From Octopus sinensis (taxonomy: Eukaryota), in assembly GCF_006345805.1 (NCBI RefSeq), contig NC_042997.1, positions 150,350,001 through 150,414,000 of the forward strand: 64,000 bases of DNA, written 5' to 3'. Positions 40,196 to 53,918 of the stretch are shown in pieces. The position numbers and the translations under genes are program-made. The notes beneath the pieces were generated by a model, which ran no database searches, was not told where the DNA came from, and worked only from the letters and a program-made list of their open reading frames with translations. Each line of letters begins with the position of its first letter. The stretch's first letter is position 1.

Positions 40196-40812
40196 TTTCT
40201 ATCCTATGGTCATTGGAACATGACTTGAAAGGGAGTGAAATATAGTCCTCCGTTATTCCAAGATTTTTTATATATTCTTTTTTTCGCACTAACGTTCTGA
40301 TGGACATATTAGATGTATACATCATTTGCATTGCTCTAGAGTCAATCTCATAATTACATTTCGTTTCTACTTTGAAGTCTGCATTGTCATTTTTCATTAG
40401 TTATATGTGTTATGTGTGCATGTGTATGTATGTATGTATGTATGTATGTATGTATGTATGTATGTATGTATGTATGTATGTATGTATGTATTTATCTATG
40501 TATGTAGATATGTATGTATGTGAGTGAGTGTACTGAGTGACACGACAGAAAGATGTGATCATGTCTATAGCTACTGTGAACAAATGTGATTCATCAGGAA
40601 ATACACAATGATAGCTGTGAACAGGCGTTCTTTGAAGTCGGTTCAAGGGAGGTTAGAACACGTGGGTGAGCCCAACAGTTTTGCTATGAATTCCACATCG
40701 GAAAATGGCTGAAAGAAAGATAATTATTGACATTTATTTTCGCTTTATTGTAAGGGAAAAGAGAATGACCGATCTTCTGCTAATATTCTTTTCTGCGCTA
40801 GGCACAGCGCCC

Positions 40813-40969
40813 GAAATTTGGGGTAGGTGCCAGTCGATTAGATCGACCAAGTATGCAACTGGTACTTAATTTATCAACCCCGAAAGGATGAAAGGCGAAG
40901 TCGAACTCGACAGAATTTGAACTAAAAATTTCGCCCAGCGTACTAACGTTCCTGCCAGCTGGCCGCTTT
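40813..40969 (-). mobile_element. tRNA-derived SINE, family A
   Basis: Reverse complement of the family A head and body. Confidence 0.8.
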
Positions 40970-41079
40970 GATCTTTTGTTAATATTGATGCACTTATCAT
41001 AATATTTGATGAAATGTTAAAGGTGGCTTTCAGTAAGCGTTCAGCGTTTGTCTATGTTTGTCTTTTGCTGTCTTTTATA

Positions 41080-41476
41080 TTTTACTACTTTCAGTTATTG
41101 GACTGCGGCCAAGCTGGGGCATGCTGGGTCACCACCCTAATGGGCCATTTAATCGAATAAATCGACGCCAGGACAATTTTTTAAAGCTTAGTGCTTCTTC
41201 AATTGTTCCTTTTCGCCGAACCGTTAAGCTACGGGGCCGTAACCACACCAACACCGGTTGTGAAGTGGTGGTGGGGGACCAACACAGACACACACATAGA
41301 AATACACAAACACATATATTTACGACGGGCTTCTTTCAGTTCCCATCAACTAAATCCACTGACGAGACTTTGGTCAGCCTGAGGCTATAGAAGAACACTT
41401 GCTCAAGGTACTTCCCAGTGGGACTGGATTCAAAATTATGTGATTGGGACGCAAGCTTCTTACCACAGAGCCACGC
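41080..41476 (-). mobile_element. tRNA-derived SINE, family B (diverged)
   Basis: Collinear with 48059-48507, including the head region. Confidence 0.85.
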
Positions 41477-41862
41477 AACTCATGAAAATAGAGCAATACA
41501 GGTGATGTTTTAGTAAAGACTAATATATATATAAATACGAGGCCCAAAATTGAGATATAAGCTCAGTCTATAATATACACACCAGTACTTTACAAAAATT
41601 CTCGGATTCTACCTGATGAAGTGACCCACAGAGCTGTTATTAAAAAATATATATATTAAAATACATAATTATTAAGAGTAATCTTAAATAAAGATTTTCT
41701 TTATTGGCCTCAAGGGCCCCTAATCAGTAAAAGTTGTGAATTTCTATCATGTTATTGTTATCATTTTCTTAATCCAAAATAGTTCTACATGGACACTCAT
41801 ACAATGATTTAGGCTAGGATAAAATTAACATGTAGCAGCCGACCATATGCGTAGGAGCTTTT

Positions 41863-41902
<40 letters not shown>

Positions 41903-42649
41903 ACACACGCGCGAATGCACATGCGCGAATGCACATGCGCTCACACACCTAGACACACATACTCACAAACATACACATATACACCACGAATATTTCACAC
42001 GTTTATATGTGTATTATTCTGAAAGTATGCTTGTGCCAGAATGTGTGTGAGAGTGTACGTGTGAGTATGTGCTAAATTGTACGCGCTTGCGTGTATGAGC
42101 GCCGTGCTTGTATTTAATTTCTAATATTCTTAACGTGGAAACATCTGGTGAAAGAGATACCGTTGTACTTTAGGGGGGATCATTTTCTCAAAATATGCGT
42201 AAACTGATGTTAGTTCACTTCATATTTAACAGTAAACTCATTAGCTATTTAAGTAGTGAGTGATTTGATTAATCATTTAGTTCATCAAATTTGTTTTGTT
42301 TTACTACATCATTGTCCTAAACTGATGTTCTGTCATTTTTACGAACTAATTTTCCTATCGTTTTGCTACCGTAAAAAACGTTTGTGGTATTTAGATTACA
42401 TCAGTGTGCACATTGCTGTTTTCTGGTCAGGGCCTATGTGTGTTGCATGTGGGCGCATACATATAAATACATCTATATGCATGTTCATATCAAAGTATAG
42501 ATATGTGGGTGAGTACTTCATATGCATGTAATCCTATGCATTTGTGTGTGTATATATATATGTATATATAGTTGAAATTTACAGAAAAAAGACAGATGTA
42601 TGAGTAACAAAATGGTGTACAAGTTTTACAGCGGGAAGGTGTGAAAGTG

Positions 42650-42682
42650 TTTTACATTTCGAGCCTACGCTCTTCAACAAGA
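42650..42682 (-). mobile_element. Degenerate hammerhead-like PLE terminus of a related family
   Basis: Minus strand TTGTTGA-A-GAGC(GTAG)GCTC-GAAA-TGTA-AAAC has the same stem II arms as the other copies, but the core is mutated. Confidence 0.35.
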
Positions 42683-42758
42683 AAAAACACGTGGAATTAA
42701 ACAGAGAAAGAATAGGAAACGGTTTTGGAGCTAGCGGTCAGTCATATACATATATATG

Positions 42759-42826
<68 letters not shown>

Positions 42827-43296
42827 TGCGTGTGTGTGTGTGTGTGTGTTGGTGCGCGCGCATCATTGCGCGTGTGCATGTATGCATTGGATTACTGATA
42901 TCCATTGTCTGGTACAGTTCTTGCAGCTTCTTTAATATATTTCTGTGTTTAGTTCATTAGCAATCATATGTGTTGTCTCTTCGACTGGTTATATTCTTGG
43001 GACAGGCGCGATTATTGTTCAAGATTTTTGTGTACCTTGGTGTCGTATAACCATCAGGCCTCTTTCTTTGTGATAAAGCAGTATCGTGCTGATGAAGATT
43101 GCTTTTGCTTATACTGAAATCGTTTAACTTCAGTTGAATTTGATACGCTCTTGGTGGTTTCTCCTATATAATCTGTGGTGTCTTCTATATATCTTTCAAA
43201 TGGATCATGATATATTCAGGTTTATAATTTGTTTCATTTTGTCTGTAATACAACGGTTATTCACTCATGTTTTCTTCTTGAAATGCTATCCACTTT

Positions 43297-43687
43297 AAGG
43301 CGGCGAGCAGCCAGAATCGTTAACACGACGGGCGAAATGCTTAGCAGTATTTTGTCTGCAGCTACGTTCTGAGTTCAAATTCTGCCGCGGTCGACTTTGC
43401 CTTTCATCCTTTCGGTGTCGATTAAATAAGTACCAGTTACGCACTGGGGTCGATGTAATCGACTGAATCCGTTCGTCTGTCCTTGTTTGTCCTCTCTGTG
43501 TTTAGTCAATTGTGGGTAGTAAAGAAATAGGTCTTATGTTTTGAGTTCAAATTCCGCCGAGGTCGACTTTGCCTTTCATCCTTCCAGGTTACTTTAAATT
43601 TAGTACCAGTTGCGAACTGGGGTCGATCTAGTCGACTGAAACCCTCCCCCAAAAATACGGGTCTTTTGCCTAGAGTAGAAAAGAATC
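43297..43687 (+). mobile_element. tRNA-derived SINE, family A, dimeric form
   Basis: Same head + body + headless second body + AGAGTAGAAAAGAAT layout as 34316-34692. Confidence 0.9.
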
Positions 43688-44006
43688 ACATACCCATTTT
43701 TAAAGTTTTATAATGTTAGTTAACTTTGTCAACAATGTTTCCATTAAGTTAATCCTTCCATGAATTCAGAAGCCAGTTTTCTTTCGATGGTTGCGCCAGT
43801 AAGCATTTGGCCTTATAATTTGTTATTAGTTCTCCATATATGTGCATTACTTACTTCCAACCATGTACTCCAAGGCGTAGTATATGTTCCATTCGCATAA
43901 TTTTTTAAAACTCTTCTAAATTATTTCCTAGCCCCTTGTAACCTTTGATTGCATTCTATTGATTATATCGGTTTAATAAGCGAACATTTTTACACACGAA
44001 TTCGCT

Positions 44007-45319
44007 ATGGGAAAGTGTCGTAGTTTCAGCTTATTCACTACATCAAAGATCGTGTTGCTTCATCAGCAAACTGTGCCCTTCGTGAACATTAGCTGCAGCA
44101 AAATAGCTTGTGTTCAAGCACGGGAGCTTTACCATGCCACTGGCCAATACAAAGATCGGCAAAGAACAGGCGCTCCGAGAAAAACAACAGTACAGATGAA
44201 TCGGCGAAGTCAAAGACTCTCTGAAGGTAACCGACTGCTAACAGCAGTGGACAATTGCAAGCAATTATATGATGAAAAATGATATCAGCTTTACACCACT
44301 AAACTGTCAGAAACCATTTAAAAGAATTTGGTCTGTTCGGCCGGATCGCTCGAAAGAAGCCGATAATTTCTGAGACGAACCGGTGGGAGCGGCTCAAGTT
44401 TGAAGTTTGCTCAAAGCCATATTGAATGTACGGCCGAAAAGTTATTTGGTTAAAAGTTATTTGGGGCCGTGAATCCAGTTTTTACATATTTGTATCAGAC
44501 TTATATTAGACGCCGTCCATCTAAAGAATTACACTGTAAGTGTCTCAATAAAATGGTGCAAGTGGTAGTGGAGGGTTAATGGTGTGGGCCGTGTTCAGCA
44601 GCTTAGGTGTTGGTCCAATTGTTAAGGCTGATGGCAGAGTGAACAGTGTAGGCTATTTGCAATTATTAAAAGGAAATTTGCTGCCTTATTTAAATAATCA
44701 GATGCCACCGGGATCTATTTTTCAGCTGGACAATTGCCTTATCCATAAGGCTTGGGAAGTTTTGCAATATTTTGAGCGCAATAATATGGTAGTTATTAAG
44801 TGACCTCCGCAGAACTTTGCATGTGATAGATAATTTATGGAATTATGTTTCTAAATGAGTTCATGCTATAAAAATACAAAACAAAACCTGCTAATTTGTC
44901 CCAATTATATGATTTTATTGATGAAATATGGCAGAACATTCTAAGTGATTTTTGTGCTCATTTGTCGAACTCCATGTCCCACCGTTGTGAGGTCGTAATT
45001 GAAAATAATAGCTAAGAAACTAGAGACTAATAATAAATTTTGGTTCGTTGATCATTTGTCACGTAAATTTTCAATTTAAACAAAATAATGTTAGTATGGT
45101 ATTAAACTTATTGTGCCGACAATTTTTAATCGTTTGAATTAATTGCGTATTAAAATTATTCAAATTGCAGAAAGATATATAACGCTTATATCATTCGAAA
45201 GTGAAAAAAATCTACATAAGCTGAAAAAAGTAAAATAATTTTACGCTGTTTTGTTAAATATAAATTAATGAAGGAATAGAAAACTGTCATCCTCAGCCTT
45301 AAACTTATTTTGGCCAGTG
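44007..45319 (+). mobile_element. Decayed Tc1-type transposon (DDE transposase pseudogene, right terminus present)
   Basis: MGKCRS...RQRTGAPRKTT HTH region, IARKKP, GGGLMVWAVFS, IFQLDNC, WP.Q...DNLW and NSMSHRCEVVIENN motifs, all frameshifted. The element ends ...GGCCAGTG|TA at 45319-45321; the left TIR was not found. Confidence 0.85.
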
Positions 45320-46552
45320 TATATATAGATATGTTTATATATACACACTCAGATGCATGAATACAAACTTATGCACAACTGTATCTCATTATACACATCT
45401 AGATCTCGTTATACACAGCTGGATATCTTTAGGCAAACAGTTGCATAATCAAATATCTGTGTTTTTGGAGACTCATGCTGGGTGGAAACAATTGCAGTGA
45501 TTAAAAACCTAACTGTCAACTGTACTCCTCGTTGACTCAAATTTCTATAATTTTAGGCTCGCACATACATATATATGAGTATATGAGAATCAGTATTTTC
45601 TAACAGAAATATACTTCAGCTTTAGCATTGTTAGTGAACACTACATGCATTTTGATTTAACGAGTACGGTAGAAGAACTAACAATCGAAGTAATACAGTC
45701 GTTTATATCAACTATATGCTCTCAAAGGTAGTGCACCAGAAATACTTTTAGTGTAGTCACCGAGACTAGTAAACTAAAAAAAAGTACAGTGGAATAAATG
45801 ATACGACCGTATAAATAATTGCAGAAGCAATAATAGAGGAAACCATTAGCGAAATGCATCAATAACATTGTGAAGAACTATTGAAGATTAAAAGAATGAA
45901 ATAACAAAACGAAATGACAAAATTATATACACAGTGAGGACAAGAAAGCAACAAAAAGCAAATCATTCAGAAAATATGACAATTCTCATTATTAGAAAAA
46001 CTTTACTTCAAACTCAATGTTTAACCAGGCTATGCAGATAGGCGCAGCTGGTTTTTGTATGAATTTAATTAAAGTCATATCTGTAGCGTTTTCTAGTTAC
46101 TGTCAAGCAAATGATGTAGAGCATTCTCTGCGGGTGTTAGTTTGTATAATGTTGAATTTAATTAGAAACCATCAAAACTATCACATACGAAATATCTGAC
46201 TCTCTCTCTCTCTGTCTCTGTTTCTCTATCTCTCTTGCTGTCACTGTCTCTCTTTTTACCTAACCATCCTTACTTATACATAAGGAAACCCACATGTATA
46301 ATACATACATACATAAATACATACATACATAAATACATGCATATATACACGCATACATAAGTGTGTATCTGTATATATATATATGTATACGCATGTATAT
46401 ATATGTGCGTTTATGCATGAGTGAGCGGTCAAACGAAAGAGTGTAGCAGTCAAAAAATTCGGTTGAACACGTACACAATTGCAACTTTACTCAGTCACAC
46501 GTAACAGACAATTGAAAAGAATCTGTATTTGTACATACATACACACACACAC

Positions 46553-46583
<31 letters not shown>

Positions 46584-47039
46584 CACATACATAGGTACAT
46601 AAATGAAAATACATGAATACGTACATACATGTATAAACATATATAGTTACATACACATATATACAGATATATATTTATTCATATATAGACATATATAAAC
46701 ACACATATTCACAATTATATATGTACATGTGTATGTGTCTGTGTGTTTCTATGTTTGTGTGTGTGTGTTTGACTGTTTATCACAAACCACTATTGGACAA
46801 CCAACGCTGGCTTGATTACGTATCCGTAACTTAGCTGTAAGGCAAAAGAGAACGATAGCACAAATATTAGGCTTAACAAGTACTGGTATCGAATTGTCTG
46901 ACTGTAACATCCAAGGTGGTGCACAAGCATGGCGGCAGTCCGATGACTAAAAGAAGTAACAGATAATAGATATATAAAGAACGTGCTATTGGATACACCG
47001 GTGTCCCAGAATCCCTTGCACCGATAATACGAGTTTATT

Positions 47040-47780
47040 CTGAACCCAAGATAGTGAGTTCGGTTTTATTCAGTGACGGCTCTTCTGGGAAGGATCGAAA
47101 GCTGTAGGATCCAGCATGTAGTCCGGCCTCCTGACTTCCATCTTTCGTAAATGATATATTGAAACCTCTCTAATTGTCTCAATGATCTTCCACTAACAAG
47201 CAGAATGCATTTAGAAGACTTTCGTGAGCGGGCCAATATCATAATATTCGCAACACTAATTCTCATCCCTTTTTCGAAACACTCGGCCGCAAATACATTC
47301 AGTGCATACTGGAAATCACTTTCTGATTATCCAAGTAGCGCAATGTTACCTGCAAACATCAGGCGACCGATCCTACACCTACCAATTGTGGTATGACATC
47401 GACAGGAGCTGTGCATCTCAATCCATTTCAAATATTATGAACTGGTAATAGAAGCACTCCTATCAAGGATGTTGGTCTTTAATTTATGGAACCAATCTTA
47501 GAAGCAGTAAAGAAAACATCTCCTCGACTGCAGTAGTCTGAATGCCAATTTGAAGGGGATAAGGGCCTTATATTTCACAGCCAAGACTTCGCAAAAGACC
47601 CATAAATTATAATTTTAACAATCACGCTGCTCTCCAAGTTAACATTGTGTAGTATTGCCGCATTATAAGGAGAGCTTCGGTCCTTTGTCTCTGCACTACT
47701 GAAGTTCCTCAAAATACAACGATGCAACCACGGACGAATGTTATTTGACATTTGACTTATTCCTCAACAACTTGCAATCG
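47040..47780 (-). mobile_element. Decayed RTE-clade LINE RT fragment
   Basis: RLMFAGNIALLG*SESDFQYALNVFAAEC..KGMRIS...LRQLERFQYI corresponds to RTE RT motifs 5-7. Confidence 0.75.
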
Positions 47781-48058
47781 ATAACAAATTCACTGTAAAC
47801 TTGTTAGGTGGTAGAACATGAGTATTTTGAAAGTTTAATAAAAATTATATTTGCACAAATCCTCATTCTCTGAAGAACCACTAAGTTGAATGTTACTTTG
47901 CCTGTAGTTAGGAGGGTTCACTTTTCATTACATTCACTATCTAACAATTAATCGAAAACTTAACAAATATATCAAACTGTTATTTGTTAAATGAACTGGT
48001 TACTTAATCGCAATAGAATTCCTTGGGGACGTTTCCTGATTGTCTTCAACTATACATA

Positions 48059-48264
48059 TACTCTTTTACTTGTTTCAGTCATTTGACTGCAGCCATACTG
48101 GAGCACCGCCTTTAATCGAGCAACTCGACCCCAGGACTTATTCTTTGTAAGCCCAGTACTTATTCTATCGGTCTCTTTGCCGAACCGCTAGGTAACGGGG
48201 ACATAAACACATCAGCATCGGCTGTCAAGCGATGTTGGGGGGGCAAACACAGACATACAAACTT

Positions 48265-48341
<77 letters not shown>

Positions 48342-48507
48342 TATGACGGGCTTCTTTCAGTTTCCGTCTACCAAATCCACTCACAAGGCTTTGGTCGGCC
48401 CGAGGCTATAGTAGAAGACACTTGTCCAAGGTGTCACGCAGTGGGACTGAACCCGGAACCATGAGGCTGGTAAACAAGCTACCAACCACACAGCCACTCT
48501 TGCGCCT
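48059..48507 (-). mobile_element. tRNA-derived SINE, family B, full length
   Basis: Minus strand begins AGGCGCAAGAGTGGCTGTGTGG (A box)...GGTTCAGTCCC (B box)...CCTTGGACAAGTG, with an internal (TA)/(TG) array. Confidence 0.92.
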
Positions 48508-48564
48508 ATATATAAATATCCTCTATTTACCTAATATCGATGTCTCATTCTGTTGTTGTCACAC

Positions 48565-48600
<36 letters not shown>

Positions 48601-48663
48601 GTATATATAAACATATAGGTATATATATATGTGTACATACATACATATATACATATATATACC

Positions 48664-48857
48664 CTTTTACTCTTTTACTTGTTTCAGTCAGTTGACTGCG
48701 GCCATTCTGGAGCACCGCCTTTAGTCGAGCAACTCGACCCCGGAACTTATTCTTTGTAAGCCCAGTACTTATTCTATCGGTCTCTTTTGCCGAACCGCTA
48801 AGTGACGGGGACGTAAACACACCAGCATCAGTTGTCAAGCAATGCTAGGGGGACAAT

Positions 48858-48889
<32 letters not shown>

Positions 48890-49050
48890 CATATATACGA
48901 CAGGCTTCTTTCAGTTTCCGTCTACGAAATCCACTCACAAGGCATTGGTCGGCCCGGGGCTATAGCAGAAGACACTTGCCCAAGATGCCACGCAGTGGGA
49001 CTGAATCCGGAACCATGTGGTTGGTTAGCAAGCTACTTACCACACAGCCA
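48664..49050 (-). mobile_element. tRNA-derived SINE, family B
   Basis: Near-consensus copy; its head abuts the LINE fragment at 49051. Confidence 0.92.
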
Positions 49051-49525
49051 GTACATTTGGAAAGAGGTATCATTACTCATATCGATACCCCGGCCCTTCC
49101 CTAATTTAGGTTCTGGCTTTGGAAACCCCTGTGAATCAGTGTACCCTTTAAGCTTAAAATTCAGTTTTGGATGCTGGTAATGCACGATTTGGAATATTTC
49201 AGCAGGGACTCTGTATTTTCTGCGAGTCTTTCGTATCGTTTGCATAGATACCAAGGGTGGGTGTCCGGGCAGATGATGGCATATCTGAAAGGGACACTAT
49301 GAAAAGCAGTGGTCCCAAGACTGTGACCTGTGGAAAATTACCCATTATTTTTGGTTTTCTTTCAGAAAATCATGTAACCACTCTCCAAGTTTTCCAGCTA
49401 TGCCGAGATCACACAGTTTGTGATATACCATGCCATGATACACTTTATCAAAAGCTTTTGCAAAGTCAGCGTATATTACTTCCACATTTGCTGGGTATCA
49501 CTCACTAAGTTGTTTTCCCCAAGGA
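49051..49525 (-). mobile_element. CR1-group LINE RT fragment, inverted
   Basis: NVEVIYADFAKAFDKVYHG, LGPLLFIVSLSD and YANDTK motifs on the minus strand. Confidence 0.85.
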
Positions 49526-49526
49526 A

Positions 49527-49570
<44 letters not shown>

Positions 49571-49600
49571 TATATTATATTATATTATATATGTACATAC

Positions 49601-50184
49601 AACCTAAATTAGGGAAGGGCCGGGGTATCGATATGAGTAATGATACCTCTTTCCAAATGTACATTACCAGGATGTCCACAAAGTGCAGACTGGCTGGCTG
49701 GATACTGAGAACATTCAGAACCAGAGAGAAGGAAACAATGATGGTCTTCTGGAGGACTTTCGTACTCAGCCGCATTGACTACTGCTCCAGCTATAGTCAC
49801 CCAACAGTATAAAATTAACAGTGGATCTTGAAGCAATCCAGCGAAGCTTCGTAAAGAAGATCATCTCGTTGCAACAGCTCAGCTACTGGGAAAGGCTGAA
49901 ACAGCTAAGATTATACTCCCTGGAGAAAAGGTGAGAGGGGTATGCAGTAATATACACCTAGGAGATCCTGGAACGGAATTGTGCCATATTTTGGCATTGA
50001 AAGCTACACCAATGCCAGAAAGCGTCGACACTGCACAGTGCCAAAGATCCCAGCAATGTCATCGTGCTTCAGGACCAATTACTGCAACAGCCTGGGATTC
50101 AGGGAACGACAGCTTTTAAAATATTCTCCCAAAGAGCCTGAGGGTCCTACATAAAGTGTATGTAGGTGTTTTCAAATCAAACCT
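49601..50184 (+). mobile_element. CR1-group LINE, RT thumb/C-terminal fragment
   Basis: GIDMSND...LAGWILRTFRTREKETMM.FWRTFVLSRIDYCS; QLSYWERLKQLRLYSLE; VFKSNL. Confidence 0.85.
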
Positions 50185-50570
50185 GGAGCACTCGGAATGA
50201 TCAAAAAGGAACTGAACATTATTTAAGAATTATCCCTGGCTTACCATCTATGCAGGGAGTGAAAAAGATTGTCTTAGCTGGAACGTCACACGTACTGACA
50301 AGACCATTGTCGCTGTGAAATTTTTTCCGTTTTCCCTCTCAGTGTTCTTCGTTTAATTTTAAATTTTTAAAATTTAAAAAAATTTTCTCTCTGTCTTTCT
50401 TCCCCTTTTTCTCTACCACATGACTTTGAAAATGAACAAGCTGGTGTGTTTTATTTTAATGACCTACCAAGGTATACAGTGCGTTTCTCAGTCCCAGGTG
50501 TCAAGGAGACACTCGGCAAGAAATGGAAACACATTTGAAAGAAGATGATAATGAAAATAGTAATAACAAA

Positions 50571-50640
<70 letters not shown>

Positions 50641-50645
50641 TTAAC

Positions 50646-50681
<36 letters not shown>
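50185..50681 (+). mobile_element. 3' end of an R4/Dong-clade LINE with (AAT)n tail
   Basis: GALGMIK/KGTEHYLRIIPGLPSMQGVKKIVLAGTSHVL..LSL* (one frameshift; TGA at 50316), a short 3' UTR, then (AAT)n at ~50571-50681. Confidence 0.7.
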
Positions 50682-50997
50682 CCCAAAACAACCAAATTAA
50701 TAACAGTATCTCACTCTGTGTGTCACATAGATAGAAAATAGCGGAAATTTGTGCCAAGTAGAGAGGAGAGAACATTCAGTAGATATTGACGTGTTAAATA
50801 ATCACTGTTGGATTCTATTTTCATTCGATGCCATCGACCAAAATGTATATAGTAAGAGAAGAGTTACTTATAGAAACTGAACACAGATTAACACACGTGC
50901 CGTTTTCACGTTTGAATAAACAGGTTGATTAATTGTATGTCGGTACTATGTATGTGTGCATGTTTGCGTGTGTGTCTTTGCTTGTGGGCGTCTCTGC

Positions 50998-51043
<46 letters not shown>

Positions 51044-51308
51044 TATATATAGCATAGATAGATGAAGGGATGGCTAAATTAATGGTGGTTATGCTTGCTT
51101 ATACTCAAGTGGTGTACGAAAATAGACATTACACATAGCTAATTTTGAATGATATATAAATGCATATATACGTATTTGTGCATCTATATATGTTTATATG
51201 AATTTTACAATGTTACGTTTATACGTACATAGGAACGTCTCTCTATATGTCTGTTTGCCTCTTTCTCTCTCTCTTTTATCTGTATATATACACGTAAATT
51301 GTGCATGC

Positions 51309-51340
<32 letters not shown>

Positions 51341-51375
51341 ATATACATATATACATACACAGACACACACACACG

Positions 51376-51420
<45 letters not shown>

Positions 51421-53639
51421 ATATATATATATATATAGATATATATATATATATATGAATCAAATATAGTTTGATAGACAGCCAATCAAGTTAGAAAGAT
51501 AAAGAGATAGCGGAAAACAGATAGAGTAGATACAGCATAGAGGCCAAGTGATAGAGAGATAAATTTAACTGCTTGACATCTTGCCAGTGGAGTAGAGAAA
51601 AAGACATCTTCATTTGCTAATTGCTTTTGCTGTAGGTTCAATTTAACTGTCCATCATGTATCTTGCATGGGATTGACTCTACATTGTTGTGAATCATGAA
51701 TTTGGCAATAACAAGAATGTGACGCTGCATACAGACAGTGGTTAACAGTATCTGTACCGGACCAACGAATGATCCTGTATGTTTGCCTCCCGCGCAAGAC
51801 ACAGGAAGCCAAATTCGCCTTTGAGGATCAATTTACAATCCAAAACAATGTAACTGCATTATTTGACGTAATGTACATTTGGGTATAACGTTTGAAGTTA
51901 AGATGACATTATTATGGTGGGTAAACTTTGATGTCAGGTAAATTTAATAAGAGCTGAACTGGTGCTACACGGTCACATTAGCAACGATAAGTAGAAAAAT
52001 ATTTTGGATAGATGCTGCCTACGCTTCAATTAAAATTTTTAAAAGTCAATCCTCATATTTCAACTCCATTCTTCAGAGAAAATTTATACTAATAACAATT
52101 GGTACTTGCATTGTCTACTAGGGATGCACAAATGTACCGTTTCGTTTTTATGTGGGGCATGACTGTTGCTAATTTTCTCGTATCTTGCAAAGGATCGCTA
52201 GTTTTCAGTGATTTTTTCACCGAAGGATGCGCAGACCTATCACCTTATTCCGAACCTTAAACTTGTGGGAGGAAACGATGTAATTTACCTATCACCAGAT
52301 ATCCAGCGTAGATGCTTGCAGCACAGTGTGCTGTGCTAAAGACTGAGAACCGTAAGGTACTATTACACTATTAAGATGCCACACAAGAAGAGAAACACTT
52401 GCTCTGACGGGATTCTATAAGGTATCCCTCCATCAGATATTGTTTAGAATGATGTAAGTTATAATTTGTGAAAGAAGACAATTGCCTACGATATCATATA
52501 GAGGGATCTTGATCAAAGCAACTTTTTTTAACAGCAGATCAATACTTTTATCCGTTGTTATTGTTGAGCTGTATGACATATTTGATCGGCGAACAATCAT
52601 GAAAACGCTCCATCCTGTATTAATAACGCACAATGCATCAATAACTAGACTACCTAAGGTATTCTTTCATTTAAAAGTGAGTTATTTGGGTTTTAGAAGA
52701 TATTGCTAGCAGGCAAGCGTCTATGCAGTTGCACCCATGCTAGTTTCGCAAGCTGTGTACTTAGAAAATTGGTATTACTAGCAGCAATACGATTCGTTTA
52801 TATCCAGTTACAAGCATTATGTTTTGTCTTTGGTTAACACACGTGACGTTGCTATTTAACCACCGCTGCTGTTTAACATAATCAACTGGCATCTTGAATG
52901 CGTTTAGCGGACCTTGTTCTTTCACATTCATATGAAGTAAGACTCCTCCGTTTCTCCCACCATAGTGAGAGACTCTGAAAGACGCCTTGGGCATTTTCTT
53001 ATCGCCTAAATGAGAGATAAACAAAAATCACACAAATATCCAAGTGGTTCGAATCTGATAAGTAGTATCGTCTTCAAACTCATTCCTGTTTTGACTGTAT
53101 ATTTGTAGTAACATTGTGTGAAGGATAATGCATTGTTGTTAAACAGACCCAAAGTCAAGGACATTCCAACCTAATGTTATCTAATGTAAAATTCATTTAT
53201 ACATTTAAAAAATTCCTTGAGTAATTTGATGGGAATTTGGATTTGTCAACCCAAAAGAGACTATAGAGATCATTAATATTTAGTTCCATTTACGCATAGG
53301 TTGAAGGGAGATTTGGTTGTTGTTTTTATAAAAGTTAGCAAGAGCCTAGAGGCATCGTTATTTGTAGGCGCCTGTTTTGCCGCCATAAACAAGTTATCTG
53401 CTAGGAGAAACGGTGTTGTGATTTATAAGCCGCATGAATTACGCTGATCCATTCACAGACATATATACAGCTGTACAGCAGTACAACTATAAAACTAAGT
53501 TCTGCTCCGTTTGTATGTAATGGATTTGATTGATTGTGAAGGGAAGTGAAGAGCATTATATAGGTAAGTGTTCAATGACACCAGGGTCCCTGATCCTCAG
53601 GTATGATAACTGATCAAACAGCTATACATATATACTATA

Positions 53640-53690
<51 letters not shown>

Positions 53691-53784
53691 CTAGCTAGAT
53701 AGATTGATGGATAGATAGAAAGACAGACAGATGGGCAGGCAGACAGACAAACAGACAAACAGACAGACAGAAAGATAAACAGAC

Positions 53785-53831
<47 letters not shown>

Positions 53832-53835
53832 GATG

Positions 53836-53918
<83 letters not shown>

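Noticed and set aside
41613-41640. CTGATGAAG hammerhead-like start
   Set aside because: No downstream GAAA or pairing.
48430-48507. tRNA gene calls at A/B-box-containing segments
   Set aside because: These are SINE heads continuing into SINE bodies; no complete cloverleaf or acceptor stem.
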